Source: Candidatus Bathyarchaeia archaeon
GTDB taxonomy: Archaea; Thermoproteota; Bathyarchaeia; Bathyarchaeales; Bathycorpusculaceae
NCBI GenBank assembly: GCA_038727135.1
Contig: JAVYWL010000002.1
Coordinates: 64,001-128,000, forward strand
Reading direction: 5' to 3'
Length of the DNA stretch: 64,000 nucleotides
Shown piece by piece: positions 40,311-50,189 of this stretch. Position 1 is the stretch's first letter. Each line of letters opens with the position of its first letter. The notes beneath the pieces are model-generated. The model worked only from the letters and a program-made list of their open reading frames with translations, was not told the origin of the DNA and did no database searches. Both the position numbers and the translations under genes were made by a program.

Positions 40311-41285
40311 TTAGAGGCGCCCCTCAGCAAAACGCCTAGAAAGCTTCTCAATCATATCACGCGTCATAGAAGCCAAATCATATTTCGGGTTCCAACCCCA
40401 ATCCTCACGGGCCGCACTATCGTCTATGGACATGGGCCAAGAATCTGCAATCTTCTGCCTAAAATCCGGCTTATACTCGCACACAAAATCTGGAATATAC
40501 TTCCTAATTTCTGCCACAAGCTCGGCTGGAGAAAAGCTCATAGCCGCCACGTTATAGCTTGTGCGACACCTAATCTTTGAAGCGTCAGCTTCCATCAGGG
40601 TTATGGCCGCATTTATACAGTCGGGCATATACATCATTGGCAAGACGGTGTCAGCCCTCAAAAAGCATGTGTAACGCCTACGCCTAACAGCTTCATAAAA
40701 AATTTCCACAGCATAGTCCGTTGTGCCCCCACCCGGAGGAGTTTCGCTGCTTATTATTCCGGGATAACGGACGCTTCTAACGTCAACATTATAGCGGAGA
40801 AAATAGTAATTGCAGAGCAATTCGCCGGCAACTTTCGTCACGCCATACATGGTTCTTGGAATTAAAACGGTGTTTTGGGGAGTTTTAACACGGGGTGCCT
40901 CCGGACCGAAAACGGCTATGGAGCTTGGCCAAAAAACCCTTAAGCCATATTGTCTTGCTATTTCAAGCACGTTGTAGAGGCTGCCCATGTTAATGTTCCA
41001 AGCGTTCTGCGGATTCTCTTCACCAACCGCTGAAAGAACAGCCGCCAAATGATAAACCGTGTCAACATCATATTCCTTAACAATTTTCTCAACGTCCTCT
41101 TTTCTCGTTGCATCCAAAAACTCAAAGGGCCCAGAGCTTTGCAGCGCTTCGCTAGGTTTTCTTTTATGTCCGGCCGCAACAACATTTTCTCCACCATACT
41201 TATTCCGCAACTCTAACGTCAATTCAGAGCCAATCTGACCGGTCGCCCCTGTAACAAGAATTTTTTTGGTATGCTTTCTGTACAT
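40311..41285 (-). CDS. SDR-type L-threonine 3-dehydrogenase
   Basis: GATGQIG, PSSIAVFG, YGVTK, PGGGTTDYAV, RQKIADSWP; ATG at 41285. Confidence 0.88.
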   Translation of the reverse strand: MYRKHTKKILVTGATGQIGSELTLELRNKYGGENVVAAGHKRKPSEALQSSGPFEFLDATRKEDVEKIVKEYDVDTVYHLAAVLSAVGEENPQNAWNINMGSLYNVLEIARQYGLRVFWPSSIAVFGPEAPRVKTPQNTVLIPRTMYGVTKVAGELLCNYYFLRYNVDVRSVRYPGIISSETPPGGGTTDYAVEIFYEAVRRRRYTCFLRADTVLPMMYMPDCINAAITLMEADASKIRCRTSYNVAAMSFSPAELVAEIRKYIPDFVCEYKPDFRQKIADSWPMSIDDSAAREDWGWNPKYDLASMTRDMIEKLSRRFAEGRL

Positions 41286-41358
41286 TTTGAAACCTCGCTG
41301 GGAGATGCATTGTAACTTTTTAGGGTATATAAGAACTTTTGAAAGAGGTGGACTGTTT

Positions 41359-41733
41359 CTAACGTGCCCATTCTGGGATACGTGCATCTTGAACTGCATT
41401 GTGGTGGGGAATGTAGGGCTTGATGTCAATAATTGGCGAACCCTCCATGGCGTCCAACCCCTTAACTATCAAGGTACAATTTTCCCTTCCAACAAGCTCA
41501 ACAATACATAAGCCTATCGGATTTGGACGGGACGGGCTTCTACAAGCAAAAACGCCCTTCTCCACATTAATCTTGTGCCTCCTCGGAAAAACCAGCAGCG
41601 TCCGTCTATCCGTCTCATTATTGCGCAGATGGAACCAGTATAAAACAATTAGGTGGGAGAACTCCTCAACGCCCTTAAGCCCGCTGCAGAACTCTGGAAA
41701 AATCATTATTTTGAATTCATCTTCTGAATTCAT
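41359..41733 (-). CDS. TsaA/TrmO-like SAM-binding protein (N-terminus short)
   Basis: SHLIVLYWFH, GVFACRSPSRPNPIG, LDA..GSPIIDIKPY. Confidence 0.8.
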   Translation of the reverse strand: MNSEDEFKIMIFPEFCSGLKGVEEFSHLIVLYWFHLRNNETDRRTLLVFPRRHKINVEKGVFACRSPSRPNPIGLCIVELVGRENCTLIVKGLDAMEGSPIIDIKPYIPHHNAVQDARIPEWAR

Positions 41734-41766
41734 AAGTGTTTTAATGTTTCATGATTAACTAATGGC

Positions 41767-42000
41767 TTGCAGGGTGGAATTGCCTTGAACAGCCAAATCC
41801 TTCAGGCGTGCAAGGAATTAATTGACGACGCAAAAATGAGATGCGCCGACCTTGTTTTTAAGGAAATATGCCTAGACATTCTGTCGAGGGCACGCAACAT
41901 TTTAACAGAAAAACAATTTAAGGTACTGGCTACATATGCCGCTGAAAGGATGAGAGAAAAAGTTCCTTTTGAAATCCAACAGGAATTAGTAGCCCCATAA
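41767..42000 (+). CDS. small helical hypothetical protein
   Basis: Only ORF filling the gap; amphipathic helical pattern. Confidence 0.55.
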   Translation: MQGGIALNSQILQACKELIDDAKMRCADLVFKEICLDILSRARNILTEKQFKVLATYAAERMREKVPFEIQQELVAP

Positions 42001-42077
42001 TTAAGAGCTTCTTCAAAATATTGGCAAAAACTGGCGTTAACGCCTAAATCCTTCCAATTCCACCCTGCGAAGCATTT

Positions 42078-42566
42078 TCAACCAAGCTTGTACCCTATTT
42101 TCCGCAGAAACTCCTTCCTAGCCTTGATATCGCTTTCTGTCTCTATCCCCCTACTTTTAAAGCCGTCAATGACGCCTATGATGCCTCTGCCCTGTTCCGT
42201 TTCTGCAACTACCACCTCTAAGGGATTGGCCGTAGCGGCATAGATTGTGCAGACTTCCGGCACCTTTTTAATCTTGTCTAAAACGTTTATTGGATAGGCG
42301 TTTTTAATGAAGATTATGAAACTGTGGCCGCAAGCAAGTTCAAAGGCTTTATTGGCGGCAAGCTGCCTCAATTCCTCGTCGTTTCCCTCGTATCTGACAA
42401 GGCATGGTCCAGAGCTTTCGCAGAAGCCTATCCCAAACTTTATGTTTGGAACAGCATTAACCAAAGCCTCATACAAATCTTCAACAGTTTTTATGAAGTG
42501 GGCTGTTCCCAAAATCACGTTGCATTCTTTTGGCACCTCAATCTTCACAATTTCAAGCCTAAGCAT
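42078..42566 (-). CDS. adenosine-specific kinase family (DUF355)
   Basis: [34 protein letters not shown]. Confidence 0.88.
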   Translation of the reverse strand: MLRLEIVKIEVPKECNVILGTAHFIKTVEDLYEALVNAVPNIKFGIGFCESSGPCLVRYEGNDEELRQLAANKAFELACGHSFIIFIKNAYPINVLDKIKKVPEVCTIYAATANPLEVVVAETEQGRGIIGVIDGFKSRGIETESDIKARKEFLRKIGYKLG

Positions 42567-42592
42567 GCCAGTTTCAGCCTCCCTTTCCGGTT

Positions 42593-43893
42593 TTATGTTA
42601 CGCGTTTAGTCTTCAAGAATTTTGTGGCGAAAATCACAGTGCCAGCCGCTACTATAGCTGATGATAGGTAAAAGGCGTTTATGAAAGCTGTGCGTTCCCG
42701 TAAACCTAACACTTTAGTTTGGATGTCTGCAAAGGGTCCACCTATAAGGATTCCTGCTGGCCCCCAGCTTAAGGCAATAACTGCATTGTAACGGCTTAAA
42801 AGTCTCCCCCTCTTATGTTCTGGAGTTAGGTCTCCCGCTAAAGCGAAGCCCACTGTTTGAATGCTCCAAAGAGCCACACCGTTTAATCCATAAATAAAAG
42901 CCATGATGAAAACATTAAACGCCAAACCATACAATATAGGGGTGACAACCGCCAAAATCAGCCCGAAGAGTATCACTTTATCTCTGCCAATTTTGTCTGC
43001 AAGTCTTCCGGATATGGCACTTGCAATCATGCCCCCGACAGTCCAAGCACTAATTATTAGGCTCATTTCATGGTCGCTTGCGTTTAAGCCGTCTTGAAGC
43101 TTTATGAAGAGATAGAATATCTGGTTTATTGAGGCTGCGCCCAAAACGATGATTATTAGGATGCCAAAAACCACTTGTACGCCCTTTCATTTCCCATAAG
43201 AATTTTCCCCGGCTCACATTTTGTCGCCGACTCTTCTTGTGTAGGTTTCACGCCTTCCTTGCCTATGCTTTTTGAAACAAAAGTCATTATGGCTACCCCA
43301 GTGAACAATAGTATGGTTACAATCCAGAAGAGCGTCCCTCTTCTGAAGCCCTCGCCACCAGCGTAAAGGAAGCCAGCAAATATTATCCCAACCATTCTTC
43401 CCAGAGAGGCGATGAAGTTTAGTGAACCAACAATTTTGCCACGGGAACTTGGAGTGGTGATGTCCGTTAGAAGCACGGCCCAGCCTACATCGGACATGGA
43501 CCAGAAAAACTCTAAAATCGCCAGTCCAAAAATCATTGTCAATCCAGCGTCGAAACTTCTTCCAACGTCTATTAAAAATCTGTGAATGAAAAACACGATT
43601 ATGTAAGTGAAGCCTGCTATGCTTTCCCCAATTATAATAAGCTTGGTTCTAATTTTAAAATGGTCACATATCCTCCCCCAAAGGAGGTTTTGGCCCAGAG
43701 CGGAGGCAATCATGTCAAAAGTTCCCAGAACCGCCGTCGAAGTAACAGTTTGCATGAGTGTGTAAAGGTAGTTTATCATAAAAGTGTAGAATATTCCCCT
43801 TCGAAGAAAGGTTAGAAATTGGAAAATGCCCAAATTAACTAAAATTTTTGTGAAAAGCGTCAAATTTGAAGCTTTCTCACAGCTTTCTTTCAT
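42593..43893 (-). pseudogene. MFS transporter split by a frameshift at ~43160
   Basis: N-half (43156..43893) and C-half (42593..43174, GRLADKIGR) in adjacent frames. Confidence 0.8.
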
Positions 43894-43918
43894 CGAAACC
43901 GCTTTTTACCGCAAGGCT

Positions 43919-45022
43919 CTAGATAAGGAATTTTCCATTTTTGTAGATTAATTGTCCGTCGACGTAGATTTCGCCATCCTTTTTCATGTCCTTTAATATG
44001 TCCCAGTGAATCGCCGACTTGTTAAGACCACCCGACTCGGGATATGAGTTCCCAAGAGCCAAATGTACTGTGCCACCCATTTTCTCGTCGAAGAGCATGT
44101 TTTTAGTGAACCTTGATATGGCGTAGTTTGTTCCTATGGCTATTTCCCCAATGCGCCGTGCGCCATCAATCTTCAACATTTCTTGCAGAAGCTCATTTCC
44201 CTTTGCAGCGGAAGCCTTAACAACCTCACCATCCTTAAAGGTGAGCGTTATATCCTCAACCTCCCTGCCTGAAACTATGCCTGGAAAAGTAAATCTTATT
44301 GTGCCGTTTGCAGAGTTCTCAATCGGTGCCGTGAAAACTTCGCCGTCCGGCATGTTCTCCTTTCCAGCGCAGTTTATCCACCTTCTCCCCTTAACATTGA
44401 AGGTTAGGTCCGTGTCCTCCCCAACTATGCGCACCTCATTTCCGCTGTTCAGAAATGTGCAGATCCTCTCTTGTTCTTGGTGAACTCTTTTCCATTCCGC
44501 AATGGGGTCTTCTTTGTCGGCGAAACAGCTGGCATAGACAAAGTCTTCATACTCAGCAAGCGACATGGAAGCCTCTTGGGCCTGGGCATTTATCGGGTAT
44601 GGCAGAAGGGTCCACCGCAACTTTTTCTCCGCAACACGTCTGTAGAAAATTTCTGACAACTCTCTTCTCGCCGCTGCATGTAGTCTTATCCGCGCTGGAT
44701 CTATGTTTGTCAACCTTTTGGGGTTTGGCTCACAGTAAACGTTTATGTTCACGTCGACATTTTCAGCTATAAACTTTTCAATTGGTGAAACATAGCTAAG
44801 CTGCTTTTCGTTAGCATATTTAAAGAAAGTGTACTGCAAGTCGAGTCTCGGAATAACCATTGGATGCGCTCCAACCAACAAGCATTCCTTATAAATCTCG
44901 TTTATCAACGGGAAAGCCTCGCTGCTTCCCTGTATCAAAACTAATTCTCCAGGTTTCACTTCAACACTGTAATGAACGCAGATTTTTGCAAGCTTCTCTA
45001 TTCTTGGGTCCACCATTTTCAA
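43919..45022 (-). CDS. M29 aminopeptidase (AmpS/AmpT)
   Basis: NMPDGEVFTAP, GEIAIG, LFDEK, HLALG, SAIHWD. Confidence 0.92.
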   Translation of the reverse strand: MKMVDPRIEKLAKICVHYSVEVKPGELVLIQGSSEAFPLINEIYKECLLVGAHPMVIPRLDLQYTFFKYANEKQLSYVSPIEKFIAENVDVNINVYCEPNPKRLTNIDPARIRLHAAARRELSEIFYRRVAEKKLRWTLLPYPINAQAQEASMSLAEYEDFVYASCFADKEDPIAEWKRVHQEQERICTFLNSGNEVRIVGEDTDLTFNVKGRRWINCAGKENMPDGEVFTAPIENSANGTIRFTFPGIVSGREVEDITLTFKDGEVVKASAAKGNELLQEMLKIDGARRIGEIAIGTNYAISRFTKNMLFDEKMGGTVHLALGNSYPESGGLNKSAIHWDILKDMKKDGEIYVDGQLIYKNGKFLI

Positions 45023-45092
45023 TTCACCATTTTAGAACTCCAATAAAAGACGGGACTAATGTAAAAGCTTTTTGAGACACGTGCTGGGTTAG

Positions 45093-45470
45093 CTACGCCT
45101 TCTTCTTTATTAGAAGCCAGTTTTTGTCTCCCTTAAACATTATTAGGGCGTAGTCGCCCTTCAGCTTCTCGCCGTGCAATGTGAACTCTATTTTGTTGGT
45201 GCCTCTGCTTTTCAGCGTGTATGTGCCCTTGTCCCATATTTCCACTTTTCCAGCGCCGTACATTCCCTCTGGTATTGTGCCCTCAAAGTCTATGTAGCTT
45301 AGCGGGTGATCCTCAACCATTACGGCTAGCCTTCTAATGCCGGGTTGCACTGGCGGCTCTTTAGGAACAGCCCAGCTTTTTAGAACGCCGTCCATTTCCA
45401 GCCTAAAATCGTAATGCAAATGCGTTGCGTGATGACGTTGAACCACAAATCTTGGCATAACCCTCGCCAA
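45093..45470 (-). CDS. stand-alone LigD-type 3'-phosphoesterase (PE) domain
   Basis: [40 protein letters not shown]. Confidence 0.93.
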   Translation of the reverse strand: MARVMPRFVVQRHHATHLHYDFRLEMDGVLKSWAVPKEPPVQPGIRRLAVMVEDHPLSYIDFEGTIPEGMYGAGKVEIWDKGTYTLKSRGTNKIEFTLHGEKLKGDYALIMFKGDKNWLLIKKKA

Positions 45471-45523
45471 ACCGTTAACTTTACCTCACATAAGTAATTA
45501 ACCTTAATTCTGGAGAAGCACGA

Positions 45524-46015
45524 TTGAGCGAATCCGCAATTGTTAGGAGGCTTGTGGAGTTTCCATACTTGCCAAGTCCAGCATCCGTTATTGATGCAGC
45601 CCTAAACATGGTTGAAGTTAAACCAGACGAGGTTTTTGCAGACCTAGGATGCGGAGACGGTTCCGTGCTAATAAAGGCTGCCAAAAAATTCGGAGTTTAC
45701 TGTGTAGGATTTGAAGTCAACCCAGCACTGGTTAAGCTTGCCCACAAAAAGGCGGAAATTGCTGGAGTTAAACATTTAATTGATGTTGTTTGCTCGGACT
45801 TGTTCACCATCGACTTTTCAAGGCTTAATGTGATCTACGTTTACCCATTTCCACCAATAATTCCAAAGCTTTCAGAAAAGATAATGAACGAAGGCAAAAG
45901 GGGCACAAGGGTGCTAGTCCACGACCACAGCCTACATGGACTTCAACCAGCAAAAAGCATTGAAATATTTGAAAGGGGAATCCATGTTCATTCCGTTCAA
46001 CTCTATGTCCTCTAA
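45524..46015 (+). CDS. class I SAM methyltransferase (paralog of 9673..10164)
   Basis: PYLPSP, DLGCGDG, IYVY, VLVHD. Confidence 0.8.
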   Translation: MSESAIVRRLVEFPYLPSPASVIDAALNMVEVKPDEVFADLGCGDGSVLIKAAKKFGVYCVGFEVNPALVKLAHKKAEIAGVKHLIDVVCSDLFTIDFSRLNVIYVYPFPPIIPKLSEKIMNEGKRGTRVLVHDHSLHGLQPAKSIEIFERGIHVHSVQLYVL

Positions 46016-46109
46016 ATTTTAAAATGTGGATTTTGAATATAGATTTGCGATTCATAAGTTAGTTAAATATGCTAAGCCTATTTTGTTGCGTGAACTGGGA
46101 GGAAATAGC

Positions 46110-46292
46110 TTGAAGAGAGATTTAACCCCTAAACAAAGAAGGGAAATAAAAGCTAAAATGGCTAAGGCCCTCAAAGATAATATTAAGGGACTCTCTACAG
46201 ATTTTCAAAAAATATTGATAGATGACTTGGTTACCGCGTTTCAAAATAGAATAAACGTGTTAATGCGAGTACAAGCGAAAAGGAGCTATTAA
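46110..46292 (+). CDS. small basic helical hypothetical protein
   Basis: GGAGG SD upstream of TTG 46110. Confidence 0.55.
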   Translation: MKRDLTPKQRREIKAKMAKALKDNIKGLSTDFQKILIDDLVTAFQNRINVLMRVQAKRSY

Positions 46293-46375
46293 TGGAGACT
46301 AAATAGGCAGAAGACGTAGTTTGAATCCATAAAAGCTTTATATAAAATTTGGGGAAAATATGGCAAGAGGTTTGG

Positions 46376-46672
46376 ATGATGAGGCGCTCCAAGCTTGAGA
46401 TGTATATCGACATCCTTAAGGTGCTGGCGCACCGTGGCCCACTGAAGCTAACGCATATTATGTATAAGGCTAATGTAAACTGCAGCGTCTTGAAAGAGTA
46501 TCTGGACTTTCTGATGAAGCAGAACCTTGTTGAAGAGAGAACCATTGGCAAGCGCAGGGTTGTTTACGCTATAACCCAGAGGGGCATAACTGTTCTCAAG
46601 CATTTCAAAGAGCTTAAGCAGGTTTTGCCAATAGTTGAAGAGGCCAGGAATAAGGCTCCAATACCATACTAG
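46376..46672 (+). CDS. winged-helix transcriptional regulator
   Basis: RRSKLEMYIDIL...THIMYKANVN...YAITQRG pattern. Confidence 0.85.
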   Translation: MMRRSKLEMYIDILKVLAHRGPLKLTHIMYKANVNCSVLKEYLDFLMKQNLVEERTIGKRRVVYAITQRGITVLKHFKELKQVLPIVEEARNKAPIPY

Positions 46673-46824
46673 TTGGTTTTATCTTTTAGCCAAAAATTTT
46701 CTGTATATTTTAATTTTGTTAGCTTTAAATCTGTTTGCCGTTTTTGATTTTGTAGGTTTACATCTGTTTGTGAATCATTATGAGTGTTTCGTAAGACTTA
46801 ATAAACTCTTTCCCCAACTACCAC

Positions 46825-47235
46825 ATGTACACACGTAAAACAAATGGGGAAACAACAGTGTCCAGCCAAGAAGTTCTCGGAAAGAAGCCCCTACAAATCC
46901 TAGAGAAGATAAAGGAAAACCTCGAAAAACTAAACGAGAAAATGGAAATAATGATTGAACTGCAGAAACATGGAAGAAGGGACATACAAACAATTCCCCA
47001 AGAAGCTCCATTAGACGTCATGACGCTCTTATCTATGCCAGACCACTTGAGAAAGACGGCCATGACCGTCTGTAGGCTTGGGCGGGCAACAGCCGACGAG
47101 GTTGCCCAGCAAACTCGCAGGGCGAGAGCGGTGGAGAGCGCCTATCTGAACCAGCTCGTTATTATGGGTTATCTTAAGAAGGAGCGGAGGGGTCGGAAGG
47201 CCTACTTTTATGTGGAGAAGGAGAGTCAGGGGTGA
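46825..47235 (+). CDS. coiled-coil + C-terminal wHTH protein
   Basis: Heptad N-terminus; ATADEVA..T.RARAVESAYLNQL...GYL...R.GRKAYF; GTGA overlap with MinD. Confidence 0.75.
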   Translation: MYTRKTNGETTVSSQEVLGKKPLQILEKIKENLEKLNEKMEIMIELQKHGRRDIQTIPQEAPLDVMTLLSMPDHLRKTAMTVCRLGRATADEVAQQTRRARAVESAYLNQLVIMGYLKKERRGRKAYFYVEKESQG

Positions 47236-48014
47236 AAGCCTTGGGCAAGATTGTGGCAATCCACTCCTACAAGGGTGGCACCGGGAAAACCCTCCTCTCG
47301 ATTAATTTGGCTGTCACTTTGGCTAAGCAAGGCAAGAAAGTGTGCCTCTTGGACTTGGATTTCAGGGCGCCAAGCCTCGCCACCCTTTTGCACATAGAAA
47401 AGGTTGATTATTGGCTTAATGACTACCTTAACGGAGTTTGCGAAATAGAAAAAGTCCTAATTGACCTAAGCGAAAGAATAGCTGATCAAGGGAAATTTTT
47501 TGTCGGCTTAGCCAACCCCTCAGTGGAAGCCATTAGGGATATGTCCTCAAAAGATAGGAAGTGGGAGATGAGGGCTCTTGGAAGACTGCTCTCCCTCAGA
47601 AACTCGCTTTTAAGTGCCAAGGGCTTCGACTACATAATTTTTGACACTAGCCCAGGCTTGCAGTACTCCTCAATAAACGCCATTGTAAGCGCTGACGTTG
47701 TCATAGTGGCATCAACCCTTGACAATTCAGATGTTGAGGGAACAAAGAGGATGCTACGGGAACTCTACGACTTGTTTGAAAAGAAAACAGAAATTGTTCT
47801 AAACAAAATTTTGTATGATGATTCTCTAAGGTCTGGAAAAGAAAAGTTGCAAGCCTTTGTTAAGGAAACCTACCAAGTTCCGCTTTTGGGGGTTGTTCCA
47901 TGTTTCTGCGACATTTCAAGGGCTGAGGGGAAAATAATTTTTGTTCATGAAAAGCCGGATCACCCCTTTACAAGGATTTTAGGCGAAATAGCCGCCAAAA
48001 TAGATAAGATGTAA
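47232..48014 (+). CDS. MinD/ParA-family ATPase
   Basis: Deviant Walker A KGGTGKT, DLDFRAP, FDTSPG. Confidence 0.9.
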   Translation: MKALGKIVAIHSYKGGTGKTLLSINLAVTLAKQGKKVCLLDLDFRAPSLATLLHIEKVDYWLNDYLNGVCEIEKVLIDLSERIADQGKFFVGLANPSVEAIRDMSSKDRKWEMRALGRLLSLRNSLLSAKGFDYIIFDTSPGLQYSSINAIVSADVVIVASTLDNSDVEGTKRMLRELYDLFEKKTEIVLNKILYDDSLRSGKEKLQAFVKETYQVPLLGVVPCFCDISRAEGKIIFVHEKPDHPFTRILGEIAAKIDKM

Positions 48015-48015
48015 G

Positions 48016-48135
48016 CTACTGTGCTACAATCTTATTCACAAGCTGGTACACTCGGCAATTTTTGCATTTTTCGTATTCCTTCTCGCTGCACTGCCTACAA
48101 ATTATCCTATTTAGCTCTTTGATTTCAGAGTTCAT
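48016..48135 (-). CDS. 39-aa CxxC-x8-CxxC microprotein (unannotated)
   Basis: Manual translation MNSEIKELNRIICRQCSEKEYEKCKNCRVYQLVNKIVAQ; purine-rich GGAAAGGT upstream. Confidence 0.55.
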   Translation of the reverse strand: MNSEIKELNRIICRQCSEKEYEKCKNCRVYQLVNKIVAQ

Positions 48136-48282
48136 CGCCGCAACCTTTCCAATAAAATTCGGGGCAGCTATATGTATAGCCTATATTCCATCTTCGAAAT
48201 ATTTCAAAGCTATCAAATGGAAAAAGCTTATAGAAGCCCGAAACACTTTCATACGCAAAACTGTCAAGGAAAGCATAAACCA

Positions 48283-48897
48283 TTGGACAATTCGGCAATA
48301 GTGCTGGCTGGAGGTGCCTCCAAAAGATTCGGCTACGATAAGGGATTAGCCCTGCTGGCGGGCAAGCCCCTAATAATGCATGTTTTAGACGCTTTGGAAA
48401 ACATTGTTGATAAGAAAATTGTGGTTGTAAGCTCGAAAGAGCAAGCCGAGAAAATGGAAAAAGCCCTAAAGTCAGATGTCAAAATAGCCATAGACCAAAG
48501 CGAGCTTCAAAGCCCTCTTGTTGGCGCACTAACGGGCTTCAAAGAGGCAATTAGCGAGTATGCGCTTTTGCTTCCATGCGACACACCACTGGTTTCGAGG
48601 GAAATTCTAGCGCTTATATTAGAACTTTGCGTGGGCAAGAATGCGGTTATTCCCCGCTGGCCAAACGGTTACATAGAGCCTTTACATGCAGCTTACCGTG
48701 TTCAGCCAGCCTTAGAGGCCTCTGAAATCGCTTTGAAAGAGGGAAAGTTGGACTTGCGTTCCATGGTTGAGAGGTTGCGGAACATACGTTATGTTTCAAC
48801 TCTCGTCTTTCAGCAGTTTGACCCCCAGCTTAAAATGTTCTTTAATGTTAACACGCCTTTGGATTTGAAAAAGGCTGAGTTGATGCTTAGGGGCTAA
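48283..48897 (+). CDS. mobA: molybdenum cofactor guanylyltransferase
   Basis: VLAGG.SKRFG.DK, PCDTP, EPLHAAY, NVNTP; TTG start 48283. Confidence 0.9.
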   Translation: MDNSAIVLAGGASKRFGYDKGLALLAGKPLIMHVLDALENIVDKKIVVVSSKEQAEKMEKALKSDVKIAIDQSELQSPLVGALTGFKEAISEYALLLPCDTPLVSREILALILELCVGKNAVIPRWPNGYIEPLHAAYRVQPALEASEIALKEGKLDLRSMVERLRNIRYVSTLVFQQFDPQLKMFFNVNTPLDLKKAELMLRG

Positions 48898-50189
48898 ATT
48901 TTGCCAATGGTTTTAGTGTAGTCCTCTGTTGCTTGGAAAAGCTTTTCAATGTCGGCGTCTGTGTGGGCTGCACTTATTGAACCGAAATGTGTTGGAAGGA
49001 AGAACACTCCTCTAGCGATTAGGTTTAGGTGGTATTCTGCAAGCCTCTTTCTATCTGCTTCAAAGGCATCTCTGGCATTCTTAACCTGCTTTCTTGTGAA
49101 GTGTGTATTGAGCATGGAACCGGCGCCAGTAGCTTGGACATCTACGCCTTTAGCCTCAAATATTTCCCTCAAAGTTTCTCTGACTTTTTCGCCAATTCTG
49201 TTCAGCCTTGAAATGATGCTTCCATCTTCAAGGGCTTTAAGTACTGCCAGTCCAGCTGCCATTGTGATTGGGTTTGCACAGAATGTTCCGCCGTGAAATG
49301 AGAAGTTGGGTCGTTCATAGACAAGCGGGTTGAGGCGCTCCATGATCTCACGTTTTCCGCAGAAGGCGCCAACCGGGAAGCCTCCGCCCAGTATTTTTCC
49401 GAGGACCGTTATGTCTGGCATAACGCCGTAATATTGTTGCGCCCCTCCAGGCGCAAGCCTAAAACCTGTGATAACTTCATCATAGATTAGGAGAATACCC
49501 TTTTCATTGCAGAGTTCCCTCAAACCTTTGAGGAATTCTTTTTCAGCTGGGATGCTCCCGCCAGCGCCTAAAACCGGCTCAACTATAATTGCTGCTACCG
49601 GCTCTTTCTGGGCTTTTGCCTCCACGTCTTCAAGGTTGTTGAAAACCGCTAGTATCGTGTCTTGCGTTGCACCAGCCGTCAATCCGGCGGATTCTGGGAT
49701 GTGGAAGGGGTATTTTACGCCTATGTGGAGGGCGTCGTATCCTCCATGCCATCCGCCCTCAAACTTTATTATTTTGCTCCTGCCAGTGTAGGCTCTTGCC
49801 AAGCGTATGGCATACATGTTAGCCTCTGTCCCAGAATTAGTGAAGCGCACCATCTCAGCGCTGGGCACCATCTTCACAACTTGCTCGGCAAGTGCCACCT
49901 CCAGCTCATGCGATGTCCCATAATGGGTGCCGTTTTCCAACTGCCTCCTAACAGCCTCCGCAACCACCGGTGGACTGTGACCAAGTATGTGGGTGCCGTG
50001 CCCCATCCAAAAGTCAACATACTCGTTCCCATCAACATCGTAAAGCTTGCTCCCCTTTGCTCTTACAGTATAAAATGGGTATGGCTCAAAAAAGCGAATC
50101 CCATAAGAAACTCCCGCCGGCAAAACATTTTTGGCCCGCTCATACAAAGCCTTAGACTTTGCAGTCTTCGCGACATAAATTTCCAACAT
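48894..50189 (-). CDS. hemL: glutamate-1-semialdehyde 2,1-aminomutase-like class III aminotransferase
   Basis: NSGTEA, DEVITGFR, GKILGGGFPVGA, GTFCANP. Confidence 0.8.
   Translation of the reverse strand: MLEIYVAKTAKSKALYERAKNVLPAGVSYGIRFFEPYPFYTVRAKGSKLYDVDGNEYVDFWMGHGTHILGHSPPVVAEAVRRQLENGTHYGTSHELEVALAEQVVKMVPSAEMVRFTNSGTEANMYAIRLARAYTGRSKIIKFEGGWHGGYDALHIGVKYPFHIPESAGLTAGATQDTILAVFNNLEDVEAKAQKEPVAAIIVEPVLGAGGSIPAEKEFLKGLRELCNEKGILLIYDEVITGFRLAPGGAQQYYGVMPDITVLGKILGGGFPVGAFCGKREIMERLNPLVYERPNFSFHGGTFCANPITMAAGLAVLKALEDGSIISRLNRIGEKVRETLREIFEAKGVDVQATGAGSMLNTHFTRKQVKNARDAFEADRKRLAEYHLNLIARGVFFLPTHFGSISAAHTDADIEKLFQATEDYTKTIGKI

Noticed and set aside
40311-48282. Long N-terminal extensions of TDH (to 41429) and MobA (from 48172)
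   Set aside because: Artefacts of longest-ORF calling; they overlap tsaA or promoter DNA, and family motifs begin at the downstream starts.
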